A DNA stretch of 64,000 bases. Origin: Centroscyllium fabricii. Taxonomy: Eukaryota. The translations under genes and the position numbers were made by a program. Each line of letters begins with the position of its first letter. The first letter of the stretch is position 1. The notes below the pieces were generated by a model. That model was not told the DNA's origin, did no database searches, and saw only the letters and a list, made by a program, of their open reading frames with translations. Below, one piece after another: positions 63,963 through 64,000 of this stretch. The stretch is taken from the NCBI GenBank assembly GCA_051313645.2, contig JBNRSN020000006.1:294562001-294626000 (forward strand). The letters are read 5' to 3'.

Positions 63963-64000
63963 TGGCCATGCTACATGCTACATGCTACATGTATATTGTG

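Overview
Repeat-dense vertebrate genomic DNA, most likely from a cartilaginous fish (inferred from HE1-type V-SINEs, SacSINE1-like DeuSINEs and abundant CR1 LINEs). The only host gene I can support is an uninterrupted minus-strand CDS for the silent Kv subunit KCNS2/Kv9.2 (46922-48376). Most of the rest is nested mobile DNA: CR1, Rex/Babar, RTE-X and Penelope retroelements, SINEs, four solo LTRs with 5-bp TSDs, a decayed Tigger/pogo transposon with MITEs, Harbinger-like MITEs, tandem repeats and two assembly gaps. Main observations: (1) three divergent CR1 copies keep a T_TTA_AAC slippery heptamer directly before the ORF1 stop, followed by an open -1 frame, suggesting programmed -1 frameshifting; (2) this KCNS2 has lost two of four T1 zinc ligands; (3) a spuma-like retroviral RT fragment can be rebuilt across a SINE+CR1 nest; (4) the V-SINE appears to have switched CR1 tails; (5) several minimal hammerhead ribozyme motifs lie in Penelope ends. 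Repeat family names come from motif recognition, not database searches, and most repeat boundaries are approximate.
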